A stretch of 32,000 bases of DNA. Origin: Candidatus Thorarchaeota archaeon (lineage in GTDB: Archaea > Asgardarchaeota > Heimdallarchaeia > Hodarchaeales > Hodarchaeaceae). Made by a program: the position numbers and the translations under genes. The stretch covers positions 1-32,000 of the forward strand of contig JBHLRO010000017.1 in NCBI GenBank assembly GCA_048882505.1, written 5' to 3'. The first letter of the stretch is position 1, and every line of letters begins with the position of its first letter. Below, in pieces: positions 1 to 9,404 of the stretch. The notes under the pieces were generated by a model. It was not told the origin of the DNA. It did not search any database and saw only the letters and a list, made by a program, of their open reading frames with translations.

Positions 1-465
1 CATTATGTTCGACCTCTATTTCCGATTTAATGCCACGATTTATCGCTTGATTTCTTCTCTTCATTCCATTCTTAAGGATTCATGATGGCTCACAAGAAAG
101 CTCATCTGGAATTTAATTACATCCTTGCTGGTTGGAATTGTAGTTTTAATGCCGTAATCTGACTCGCTTTATGCCCGTTGGAGCCGAGATTGCCTCAAAA
201 ACCCGGAGGAATATCGTCCTACCTAGCGGCTTTATTGTTTTATACATCGAATCTTAAATTTGTCTTTAAAAATCCGATTAAGACTTAAACCATACTCTTA
301 TCTTGTTAAGAGGTTAATAATGCTTTGTTTTTGACTCTTTGTCGTCTGTTGCTATTCCCCTGCCTGACTGCATGTAATTTAGGTCGTTATAGCGAAAATG
401 GGTTTATTCGATTCAAGCACCTCGTCTGAGAGGTGTTACACCAAGGATGGTTGTCAGTAGGGTGC

Positions 466-476
466 AAAGTTTATAT
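466..476 (+). promoter_or_regulatory. Archaeal-type BRE/TATA promoter candidate for the RHH-MerB-like pair
   Basis: AAAG-TTTATAT about 43 nt upstream of the likely GTG at 519. The same AAAGTTTATA string recurs at 12026. Confidence 0.55.
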
Positions 477-480
477 GTCT

Positions 481-506
481 ATTACAAATTACATATTACA
501 AATTAC
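481..506 (+). repeat. 12-bp direct repeat ATTACAAATTAC x2 (2-nt spacer), candidate operator
   Basis: 481-492 and 495-506 are identical. They lie between the TATA box and the start codon of an RHH gene. Confidence 0.6.
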
Positions 507-518
507 GAGGATTCTAAG

Positions 519-881
519 GTGTCTAGGAAAAAGAAATCTGAGAAGTCAGGCGATGATCCTGGAATGGAATGTGTAGTTTACGTTGGCGATGCCCAAACTG
601 GTGGTTTAAAGGGGAATGTCAAAGGAAAAATTTTAGAGGCAATAGAAACCAGTCTGGAGAAGCTGGAGGGGAGAAACAATGTGGTTTTAACTCGCCTCGA
701 CGATTCTACCATGCATCAACTTGACGCGTTGATCGAAATCGGGTTGTTCAAAAGCAAATCGGAAGCAGTTGCTTTTTTTTGTCATGAAGGTATTGCTGCG
801 AAAAGGGATTTGTTTGATAAAATAATGCCTACCGTCGAGAAAATCCGGGAACTAAAAGAGCAAGCGAAACAGAATTTGTAG
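519..881 (+). CDS. Ribbon-helix-helix (CopG/Arc/MetJ-like) DNA-binding protein with C-terminal coiled coil
   Basis: NNVVLTRLDDSTMHQLDALIEIGLFKSKSEAVAFFCHEG fits the strand-helix-helix pattern 'vrl...ld.lve.G.f.srseai'. ORF track starts at 447; the in-frame GTG at 519 lies after the TATA box and is preferred. Confidence 0.7.
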   Translation: MSRKKKSEKSGDDPGMECVVYVGDAQTGGLKGNVKGKILEAIETSLEKLEGRNNVVLTRLDDSTMHQLDALIEIGLFKSKSEAVAFFCHEGIAAKRDLFDKIMPTVEKIRELKEQAKQNL

Positions 882-892
882 AGGATTCATAA

Positions 893-1711
893 ATGAGTAG
901 TGTCGACGTAAATCTATCCCAAGCCGAACGTAGGATATTGAGGTTTCTCTTAAACACATTTAAATCGCAAGGAACGTTACCCTCGATAAAAGAAGTTCAA
1001 GAAACCTTAGATATTCCATATGATAAGGTAATTGCGGAAAAAATGATCAATCAATTTCTTAAACGGGGCATAATTGGTGTAGGTTTGAATAATGACCAAA
1101 AGAAGATCCTTGATTTTGTTTTGGAACAATACTCGAAGTCTGGCAAATATTTTACAGCAATCGAGTTATCACAAAACCTTTCTGTGTCATTAGAGACCCT
1201 AGAAAAGAATCTCGTGAAGCTAAATTCCCTTGGACTTCTTGTTGGAGGTAATTCTCATAATGATACAATTGTACCGTCTGTTATGAGAATGGGGTTTGAT
1301 AATATCGCAATATTGGACGACGGCAGACAAGAAAAGGCTGGATGTGCCATAGACGCCCTCGGAGTTCCGTTCATGTACGATCAGGATGCAACAATCATTT
1401 CGAAAGATCCTATAACTGAGGAGGAGATAAAAATTGAGATTCGCGAGGGCGAGATCAGATTTCAGCAACCCGAGAACTTGTTCGTATACTTTGGGAGTGA
1501 TTGCGCTACTATTCTTTTTTTTACATCAAAAACGAGCTTAGAAAGATGGGAAGAGAAAAATCCGAGTCAGAGCGGAATAACTTTAGATATGGATCAGGCT
1601 TTAACGTTAGCAAAACAGCTGTTCGAGAATCGGCTAAACCTAGACTTTACGCTTCAAGGATTAGCCTATGATCCAGTTAATAAAAAAATAAAATTAATGA
1701 ATATTTCCTAA
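893..1711 (+). CDS. MerB (alkylmercury lyase)-like protein with two N-terminal winged-helix units
   Basis: GCAIDALGVPF (CxxD), SKDPITEEEIKIEI, DCATILFFTS and DMDQALTLAKQLF match MerB core motifs, including both catalytic Cys and the Asp. The N-terminus has two similar HTH-like segments. Confidence 0.7.
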   Translation: MSSVDVNLSQAERRILRFLLNTFKSQGTLPSIKEVQETLDIPYDKVIAEKMINQFLKRGIIGVGLNNDQKKILDFVLEQYSKSGKYFTAIELSQNLSVSLETLEKNLVKLNSLGLLVGGNSHNDTIVPSVMRMGFDNIAILDDGRQEKAGCAIDALGVPFMYDQDATIISKDPITEEEIKIEIREGEIRFQQPENLFVYFGSDCATILFFTSKTSLERWEEKNPSQSGITLDMDQALTLAKQLFENRLNLDFTLQGLAYDPVNKKIKLMNIS

Positions 1712-2076
1712 CTGGCTCAAAAGGAAGCGATTGCCTCTAATATCTTCTTAAACGTCCACCGATGAAGCAGCTCCATTGATTCTCCACGACCCTAAATCCA
1801 AGTCAAGGAGATTCTGGGATCCGAATGTACAGGCTTGAAACCGTGGGGGTACCATCTACTCTTCTCCAACATGATGAGCCTCAGCTGCCAATCCCTGGGA
1901 TTTATTAGACCGCCAGGAATATTTAGATCATGATAGGGATGGAACGGAATAAGATCAGCGACATTTCTGGGAGGCCACTTATTCAGACTTTTTGAAAGCA
2001 CCTAAGGTCGTGATCTCTTTCAGGTACAGCCCCCCGAAAAAAAATCCAAGAATTAAATGTGCTAGGCCGCTTTTCA

Positions 2077-4755
2077 TCATTGCCTAGTACTTTGGATAAA
2101 GGGTTTTTCTGCTTCTCGATTTTTCTCCCACCTTTTTCTTTCGGAACGTAATTTGAAAAGGTCGACATCCTTATATATAAAACCTTCTTCGCCTGCAGGG
2201 AGTGTACGTTCGATTCGTTCTTTTTCTGGAGTGTAAATAAGAGAATTTCCAAATTCCGCAATATTTACGAAAAAGCAGTATGCGTAAATTGAACGACGAG
2301 CATCAAAGTGTGCGGCCTTAAATTCCGCCGTGACTGGGGTGAATGCAAGGTTGAAAAGTAGATCTATCGGCGGTTCTGCGTTTTTTAATTCGACACGCAA
2401 ATCCATGTCCAAAAAGTCTCGGCAAATCACGATAGCCATTCTTCCATATTCTGTTTCTCCAATGATGATCTTCCTTGCAGTGACTCCGGTTTCAATTCCT
2501 TCTTTGAACCGTTTCCCTTCGTAGGTTATGGTAGCCGGAATATGTTTACCTTGCTCCCAGAGGATACCATATGGACTGATAACATTACTAACATTTCGTC
2601 TGGTGCTTTTTTTGTGATAGGAGCCAGCTACAATGTACATTTGATATTTCTTGGAATAAAATGAAATTTCCTCGAACAAAGTGCCATGATTTAGGTCAAT
2701 AGAGAGCTCAGGAAATAGTAGGATGTTGACTCCATGCGAATGGGCTTTTTCGATTAATTCCTTTACCTTGGTTGAAATCTTCCCAACTTTATCTTGCTTA
2801 ATGGAAAATAAGCCTGGTTCAAACTCTTCATAGAACTCTTCAAGAACATCACCTGCAGTTGAGAGACCAATTTGAGCAACAGCAACACGACACGTATCCT
2901 TCTGGATTCCCCCATAAGCTCGCAGGAAATCGCGATATTCTAGCTTATAAACGGGGCCTTGGAGTTTTCTCGATATGGGGAAGAATTCATTTCCCAAATC
3001 TTGAATCAAACTAGCTTTCAGACCCTCAAGCAAATTAGAGCGTAGCGGTATTTCTTCTAGTCGTTGTTGGAGACTTTCAATTCCGCCCCCGTTGCCTATT
3101 CCTTTTCTTATTTCATTATTGACTGATTCTTGTTGCTGAATAATCTTTGGTAAATAATGGGAGAGTCCTTTAGTTTCTGCGGCATGCCTGGCCCTATTTA
3201 AACATGTGATTGCTTTATCCATATCTCTTTCAATTAGATCCACTTGTGCAGTGAGTAAACATGATTCAATTAATATCATGGGAACGTTATTTTCTTCTCC
3301 CAATTCAGCCAATTTTTGAAAAAGACCATGTATTTCATCTAATACTTCTGGTTCACCGTAGGATTTGAATTCAGAAATCAGCATATCACAGTAGTTTAGG
3401 GTCGCGAAAAGCGTCAAACAAATATCTACAGTTTTTTCAGTAACTAGTTCCCTTAGGATACTCTGGGCATTAATCTTCTCGGTAATTCTGGCACTTTGTT
3501 TCAAAACTAGCGCCTTTGCTAATCTTAATTGGTAATGGACAATGGCGCTGGGCTCCTTGGCATGAAACTTCTCCAACCTTTCTAGGTACTTTTGGGCTTG
3601 ATCATGTGCCTCCAATTCCAACGAGACGAATACAAGATAATAGAGTGTTTCGGGGTAACCAAACATGTTCAAAGGAATTTCGTCTGTCGGCTGATTATCA
3701 CCCCTATTCCATAATCGGTTAATAAAGCTGCTGTTAAAATGCTGGTACGCGAGATCTACTTCTCCTAAGCTCAAATAAGCCCTTCCTAGCTTCAGGTTGC
3801 TTTCGATAGAACAGTTTCTGTCATTTAAACTTCTAAAAATGAAAAAAGCGTCGTGATAGTTTTCAACTGCTCCGTGGGCATCCCCTCTAACAAGTAGAAG
3901 TTCTCCCGAATTAAGCATCCCCTTCGCATACAGGTGTCGATCTTCTACTTCTTTGGCCAATTCAAGACTTTGTTGAAGTTCGAGCTGACTCATGACGAAT
4001 TCCCCTTGACGTCTGAAAACCTTTGAGAGACTTAATCGTAATTCACCCTCCAGCCATTTATTTTGAATTTTACCGGCTACCTGAATACCCCTCTCCAACG
4101 CTGATTGGGCAGCCCTAAGCTTGCCTACGGAGTAACAACATTCCCCTATTCTATAAAGCGAAAATGCTATTCCTGGTTGAACATCATTTTTCTCAGAGAG
4201 AGCCAAACCTCTTTGTGCAAAATTCATGGATTCCTCAAGGAGTCCTTCCCAGAAGTATATCATACTCATGTTGTTCAATGCATGAGTGGCGCCACGATGG
4301 TCCCCAATCTCTGTAAAGATCTCATAACCTTCCTGTTCGAATTGTAAGGCGAGATCAGGTTCTCCAAATAGGACCTCAGTGAACATCCCTTTTTCAATTT
4401 TTAACTCTGCAATCCAAATTTTCTCCGTTTCCAAAATACCTTGATCCAAGGTATCAACCAAGTTTTCTGCCTTATTAATTTCTGTAAATGCCTTGTTCCA
4501 CTTAAGAAATACTCTTAATGAAAGACCCTTTACAATTCTGGCTTTACATTCAACAATCGGGTCATCTAAAGACGAAATTTCGTCAAGTATAAAGTCGGCC
4601 AAATCTAACGCTTTCTGATAGAGTGCCTTGTAATAGAGAATTAGGGCCTTCAGGGCTGTATCATGAAAGGAGGATTTATCATTTTGGTTTATCTGATTAA
4701 GGGCCTCATCAAAAAGTCCGTTTTTAAATAAGTCAAGGGTTTTTGGGGGCCCCAT
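2077..4755 (-). CDS. TPR-repeat protein fused to C-terminal nitrilase/carbon-nitrogen hydrolase domain (copy 1)
   Basis: About 580 aa of TPR-like helical repeats, then RVAVAQI, LLFPELS (Glu), QGKHIP (Lys), IVICRDF (Cys), NIAEFGNSLIYTP. Confidence 0.85.
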   Translation of the reverse strand: MGPPKTLDLFKNGLFDEALNQINQNDKSSFHDTALKALILYYKALYQKALDLADFILDEISSLDDPIVECKARIVKGLSLRVFLKWNKAFTEINKAENLVDTLDQGILETEKIWIAELKIEKGMFTEVLFGEPDLALQFEQEGYEIFTEIGDHRGATHALNNMSMIYFWEGLLEESMNFAQRGLALSEKNDVQPGIAFSLYRIGECCYSVGKLRAAQSALERGIQVAGKIQNKWLEGELRLSLSKVFRRQGEFVMSQLELQQSLELAKEVEDRHLYAKGMLNSGELLLVRGDAHGAVENYHDAFFIFRSLNDRNCSIESNLKLGRAYLSLGEVDLAYQHFNSSFINRLWNRGDNQPTDEIPLNMFGYPETLYYLVFVSLELEAHDQAQKYLERLEKFHAKEPSAIVHYQLRLAKALVLKQSARITEKINAQSILRELVTEKTVDICLTLFATLNYCDMLISEFKSYGEPEVLDEIHGLFQKLAELGEENNVPMILIESCLLTAQVDLIERDMDKAITCLNRARHAAETKGLSHYLPKIIQQQESVNNEIRKGIGNGGGIESLQQRLEEIPLRSNLLEGLKASLIQDLGNEFFPISRKLQGPVYKLEYRDFLRAYGGIQKDTCRVAVAQIGLSTAGDVLEEFYEEFEPGLFSIKQDKVGKISTKVKELIEKAHSHGVNILLFPELSIDLNHGTLFEEISFYSKKYQMYIVAGSYHKKSTRRNVSNVISPYGILWEQGKHIPATITYEGKRFKEGIETGVTARKIIIGETEYGRMAIVICRDFLDMDLRVELKNAEPPIDLLFNLAFTPVTAEFKAAHFDARRSIYAYCFFVNIAEFGNSLIYTPEKERIERTLPAGEEGFIYKDVDLFKLRSERKRWEKNREAEKPFIQSTRQ

Positions 4756-5317
4756 TTTTCTTCACGTTGATCTAGGATTTCTATGCTCTTTAGGTAAGTT
4801 CTTTGCCGAACTCATCTCTCTAACGTAACTATGCCCCCTCTTGACCGGAAACATGTTCTTTTTACCTCCCAAAATATGATTACTAGAATCGGACTGCACG
4901 TTCCGTACAAGGAACTCACCTCTAATATTATGATACTTGACGACACGGTTTTTTTTCAGATTTCAAATCGGGATTCCTACCCTCATTCCTCATAGTATTT
5001 TATTAATTTAACCTTTTTTTTATGTTTAAAATATGCAAATTGCCTCGAGGCTATCGCATAAATTTCGGAGCCAAAATTGCTCCCGCGATCCAAAAGGAAG
5101 CAGCGTCACTGTTTTTATTCCAAGAAGGAATAAAAGCTTGCTCTCTATCACGCCTCCATTGATTATAGCCGAAAGTGCTTGGAGCGCTCAAACATCCTAG
5201 AAGGCTGGACACCAAAGAATAATCAAGCTTTATTCAAAAAGCAAATCAGAATCATTTACCGCCCTTTTTCCACAATAAATGCCACCAGAAGGTATTTAAT
5301 AAAGGAATTTATTTCCG

Positions 5318-5896
5318 ATGATGCTCAATCGTATTCAAAACAAATTGTTGGGTGTTCAACCAAAATATTTGGCACTAAGTCTGGTTTTTGGAAGTTTATT
5401 TGTACTTAGTGTCATTTTGCTTGTTTTCATGCCAACAGAGGGAACCATGGCTTCAACTGGATTTACTATTTTTGATTTTCAGTTGGCTTGGACGAAAGCG
5501 AAAGTGGACATGATATTAGAAGCGTGGACGAACATTCTCCCAACAGTACTCTATCAAACATACTTCGATTACGTCTTTATTGTAGGGTATATTCTCCTGT
5601 TCACGAGTTTTTGGTTGCTCGTCTCACAAAGAATTCGTGGGAGAAGAATGGGGAGGATCACAGGGAGGATGATCTGGTTTGCGGGTCTCGCTGGCATTTT
5701 TGATGCAATCGAGAATGTGTTTTCTATGCAGGTACTCTCATCTCCATTGAATTATTCAGATTTCCTTCCTATGATAATAAGTTCCTTTGCTACTCTTAAG
5801 TTTCTTGCCTTGCTTGTTCAAATTGCGATTCTCGTGCCTTCTGTTATAACATTCATCAATCTTAACCTAATGAGCGGGAAAAATTCGCACGAATGA
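5318..5896 (+). CDS. Uncharacterised polytopic membrane protein (4-5 TM) with DxxEN motif
   Basis: Hydrophobic segments; motifs FDYVFIVGY and GIFDAIENVF; 192-aa clean ORF. Confidence 0.65.
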   Translation: MMLNRIQNKLLGVQPKYLALSLVFGSLFVLSVILLVFMPTEGTMASTGFTIFDFQLAWTKAKVDMILEAWTNILPTVLYQTYFDYVFIVGYILLFTSFWLLVSQRIRGRRMGRITGRMIWFAGLAGIFDAIENVFSMQVLSSPLNYSDFLPMIISSFATLKFLALLVQIAILVPSVITFINLNLMSGKNSHE

Positions 5897-5986
5897 GTGA
5901 ATCGGGAAAGGCCCTGATCTTCAACACAGACAGCCTTGTACATATATTTCGTAGAATTTCTGATTGGTCTAAAGGATCGTAGGATT

Positions 5987-8662
5987 TTACCGAGTGCTTT
6001 GAATGAAAGGACTTTCCGACTCTCGTTTTTTCTCCCACTTTTTCCTCTCGGAACGCAGTTGAAAGAGATCTACATCTTTATATATAATACCTTCTTGTCT
6101 TGCAGGAAGTACCCTTTCAGTCCGTTCCTTCTCTGGTGTGTAGATTAGAGAGTTTCCATATTCAGCAATATTTACGAAAAAGCAATACGCGTAGATCGAA
6201 CGACGAGCATCAAAATGCGCTGCTTTAAAATCTGCAGTGACTGGGGTGAAGGCGAGATTAAAAAGCAAATCTACAGGCGGTTCAGCGTTTTTCAATTCAA
6301 CTCGCAGATCCATATCAAGAAAATCGCGGCAGATCACAATAGCCATTCTACCAAACTCCGTCTCCCCAACAATGATCTCTTTGGGAAAGGTACCTACATC
6401 AATGCCTTCTATGATCCGCTGGCCTTCAAAGGTGATAATCGCTGGAATGTGCTTATCTTGTTCCCAAAGGATTCCATGGGGAGTTACCACACAACCTAAA
6501 TTTTTACTGATATCTTTTTTATGATACGTGCCCGGGATTATGTACATTTGATATTGCTTTGCGTACGACGATATTTCATCCAAAAACCTAAGGTGATTAA
6601 GATCAATTGAGAGCTCAGGGAACAGTAGTACATTAGCCCCATTCGAGTAAGCCTCTTCCGTTATTTTCTTCACTTTAGTTGAAATCTCTTCTAGTTTCTC
6701 GTTCCTAATTGAAAATAAACCTGGGCCCAATTCTTGGTAAAATTCCCCAAGAATATCATTTTTCGTTGACAAGCCAATTTGAGCAACAGCAACTCTACAC
6801 GTTTCTTTCTGGAGTCTCCCCAGTTCTTGCAGGAAGTTCCGATGTACTAGTTGGTATTTCTTTCCATGAATTCTTTTTGAAATGGGAAAAACTTCGGTTC
6901 CAATATCATGAATTAAACTAGTCCTTAGTGAGTCAATTAGATATGATTGCAGCTGAATCCTTTCAAGTCGTTCCCTTAATCTTTCTTTATGATCACCCTT
7001 ATCGAAGGCACCCTTCATTCCTTGATTGAGCGATTCCTGATGCTGAATAATCTTTGGCAGTAAATAAGGAAGTCCTTCCTTTTCTACTGTATTCCGAGCT
7101 TGGTTAAGCATGAGGCTGGCTTTTTCCGTTTTTCCTTCAATCAGGTTTATTTTGGAAGAAAGAATGCAGGCTTCAACTTCAACTATCGGAGCATTTGTAT
7201 TATGTCCTAGATCAATTAATTTCTGAAAAAGGGTTTGCAGTTCCTCTAAAACTTCTGATTCCCCGTACAATTCCAATTCAGCTACCAAAAATTCGGAATA
7301 GTTCAGGATGGCAAAAACCGTTAACCCGTGATCAACGATATTTTCATGAACCAAAGTTTTCAGTATTTCCTGCGCTTGAGCCTTTAGGATGATTCGGGGG
7401 CTTTGTTTCAAAACCATGGCCTTTGCCAATCTAGCCTGAAAATAGACAAGGCCGCTTGGTTCATGGATATAAAACTTCTCCAACCTGTTTAGGTACTGCT
7501 TGGCTTGCTCGAGTAATTCGAGCTCCAATGTGATCAATACAAGATGATAGAGAGTCTCAGGATAGCCATACATATGGAGGGGAATTTCGTCCGTAGGTTG
7601 ATTATCACTTCTATTCCACAATCGGTGTATAAAGCTGTTTTGAAATTGCTGATATGCTAGATTTAATTCCCCCAAAATCATGTATGCCTTCCCTAGCTTC
7701 AAATTGGTATCAATAGAACAATTAGAGTCTTTTAAACTTCTGAAAATACGAAATGCATGATGAAATTTTTCAATGGCTCCATGGGCATCCCCTCGGATCT
7801 GTAATAGATCTCCACTATTTAGAATGCTTTTTGCTGATAAATGTCGATCCCCAGTTTCCTCAGCTAACTTGATACTGGTTTGAAACTCTAGGTGACTTCC
7901 TTGAAATGCTCCTTGACGGCGATAGACCTTTCCAAGACTTAAACGTAGTTCTCCTTCGATCCACTTGTTTTTAATTATACTGGCAATCATTATCCCTCTC
8001 TCTAGCACCTTCTGGGCGCCCTTCAACTTGCCAACAGAATAGTAGTATTCCCCCATTCTATAAAGTGAGAATGCAATCTCAGATTTGATATCGTTTCCCT
8101 CGGAAATTGTTAAACCTTTTTCCGCGACTTCCATGGATTTTTCCAAAAAACCTTCAAAGAAATATATCATACTCATATAGTTCAGTGCCCGAGCGGCACC
8201 GCGGTAATCTTCTAATTTAGTGAAAATCTCATATGCAGATTGTTCAAGTTCTATTGCTAATTCTTTTTCTCCAAAAAGCACTTCAGTGAGTATTCCCTTT
8301 GAAAGTCTTAGCTCTGCAATCCACAGATCCTCAGTTTTGTGCATTGTCTGGTTTAAGGTATCTATCATGTTTTCTGCGGTGTTAATGTCAGAAAACGCTT
8401 CGCTTCGATTAAGAAAGATCGTTAGAGGAATTGCCCTCACGATGCGAGCTTTGAATTCAACACCTGGGTCCTTCCGAAATGAGCTATCCGCGAGTATTTG
8501 ATCTGCTAGATCTAATGCGTGCCTGAAGCGCGCTTTGTAAGCAAGAATCAAAGCTTTTAGAAGCTTGGACTCAATCGAAATCTCGGGAATTTTATTTATT
8601 TCATCCAACGCCTCATCCAGTCGTCCTTTTTTAAACAGTTCTTCCAATTTCGCATAGTTCAT
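5987..8662 (-). CDS. TPR-repeat protein fused to C-terminal nitrilase domain (copy 2, paralog of 2077-4755)
   Basis: Collinear with copy 1 over its full length; LLFPELS, QDKHIP and IVICRDF triad motifs are intact. Confidence 0.85.
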   Translation of the reverse strand: MNYAKLEELFKKGRLDEALDEINKIPEISIESKLLKALILAYKARFRHALDLADQILADSSFRKDPGVEFKARIVRAIPLTIFLNRSEAFSDINTAENMIDTLNQTMHKTEDLWIAELRLSKGILTEVLFGEKELAIELEQSAYEIFTKLEDYRGAARALNYMSMIYFFEGFLEKSMEVAEKGLTISEGNDIKSEIAFSLYRMGEYYYSVGKLKGAQKVLERGIMIASIIKNKWIEGELRLSLGKVYRRQGAFQGSHLEFQTSIKLAEETGDRHLSAKSILNSGDLLQIRGDAHGAIEKFHHAFRIFRSLKDSNCSIDTNLKLGKAYMILGELNLAYQQFQNSFIHRLWNRSDNQPTDEIPLHMYGYPETLYHLVLITLELELLEQAKQYLNRLEKFYIHEPSGLVYFQARLAKAMVLKQSPRIILKAQAQEILKTLVHENIVDHGLTVFAILNYSEFLVAELELYGESEVLEELQTLFQKLIDLGHNTNAPIVEVEACILSSKINLIEGKTEKASLMLNQARNTVEKEGLPYLLPKIIQHQESLNQGMKGAFDKGDHKERLRERLERIQLQSYLIDSLRTSLIHDIGTEVFPISKRIHGKKYQLVHRNFLQELGRLQKETCRVAVAQIGLSTKNDILGEFYQELGPGLFSIRNEKLEEISTKVKKITEEAYSNGANVLLFPELSIDLNHLRFLDEISSYAKQYQMYIIPGTYHKKDISKNLGCVVTPHGILWEQDKHIPAIITFEGQRIIEGIDVGTFPKEIIVGETEFGRMAIVICRDFLDMDLRVELKNAEPPVDLLFNLAFTPVTADFKAAHFDARRSIYAYCFFVNIAEYGNSLIYTPEKERTERVLPARQEGIIYKDVDLFQLRSERKKWEKKRESESPFIQSTR

Positions 8663-9404
8663 GTTGCTGCCCTTTAGTTAGATCAATTTAATCGTAAATA
8701 AATCACACCTAAGAATCGAAAATCACAGTGCGAGCCATTTCTTTATGGGTGGGTCATTTTGGTATCAAAACCGCTGTTATCTAAAGTATTCTGTGTAATT
8801 AAACAGAGGATTTACCCTATTTTTTGAATCAAGCTACTCAAATCCAGGATGGTTGGTAGCAATTTACAGTTCTGAAAGAGAACTAAAGGACGTATCTAAC
8901 AAAATCTGTCATCAAAGCTGTAATAGATCGAATCTATTCTTTGAAATGACTGTAGAAGCCCACACGTACTTTGAAATAGGGCAAAAAATGGGGAATGTGG
9001 TTCCCGCATAAAAACAGGGCGATATTGCTTAAGAATCTGCCTTTTAATCTATAGCCGAGATAAATCCCTTCCGCCCGATGTAATAAGCAATTTCACAAAT
9101 ATTCTACCTGAAAGAGAAGGTTGGGTACAAAACTGAGGTTTTTTCTTAGAAGGGAGAGAGGTTTGGTTCTTTCCATATTTTAGGTCGTGATTTCATTGAT
9201 ATGCTGCTTTTGGAGCAACCAGATCCCAATTGGTGCAGATAAAGGGTTCCATGGGATTTTGTCTTAGATATCAATTGTTATCTATTTGAAAATTTTTAAA
9301 TGTGTAAAATGTGGAAAGTTTATCGAGATAACCTCAAAAATTGCGGACCTATATTTACTTCGAATAACGAAACTCGCATCAAAATCAACAGTTGATCCGA
9401 GGTT

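Noticed and set aside
1792-2261. Short minus-strand ORFs 1792-2001 and 1983-2261
   Set aside because: One overlaps the nitrilase 3' end out of frame; neither has recognisable motifs.
5134-5409. ORF 5179-5409 with upstream in-frame KLALYHASIDYSRKCLE, faintly TPR-like
   Set aside because: Too short to support homology, and it overlaps the better 5318-5896 gene.
2330-6524. Similar plus-strand ORFs 2330-2524, 6237-6524 and 6215-6499 (MTGVNARLKS.../MTGVKARLKS...)
   Set aside because: They are antisense shadows of the conserved nitrilase domains; their similarity follows from the paralogy.
2077-8662. Avs/STAND-type or DRT-type defence system call
   Set aside because: No Walker A/B NTPase or reverse transcriptase is present in these genes or the window. 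Kept only as a hypothesis.
8922-8938. Inverted repeat AATAGAT-cga-ATCTATT in the 740-bp gap before the DENN gene
   Set aside because: 7-bp AT-rich arms are expected by chance, and I saw no counterpart upstream of copy 1.
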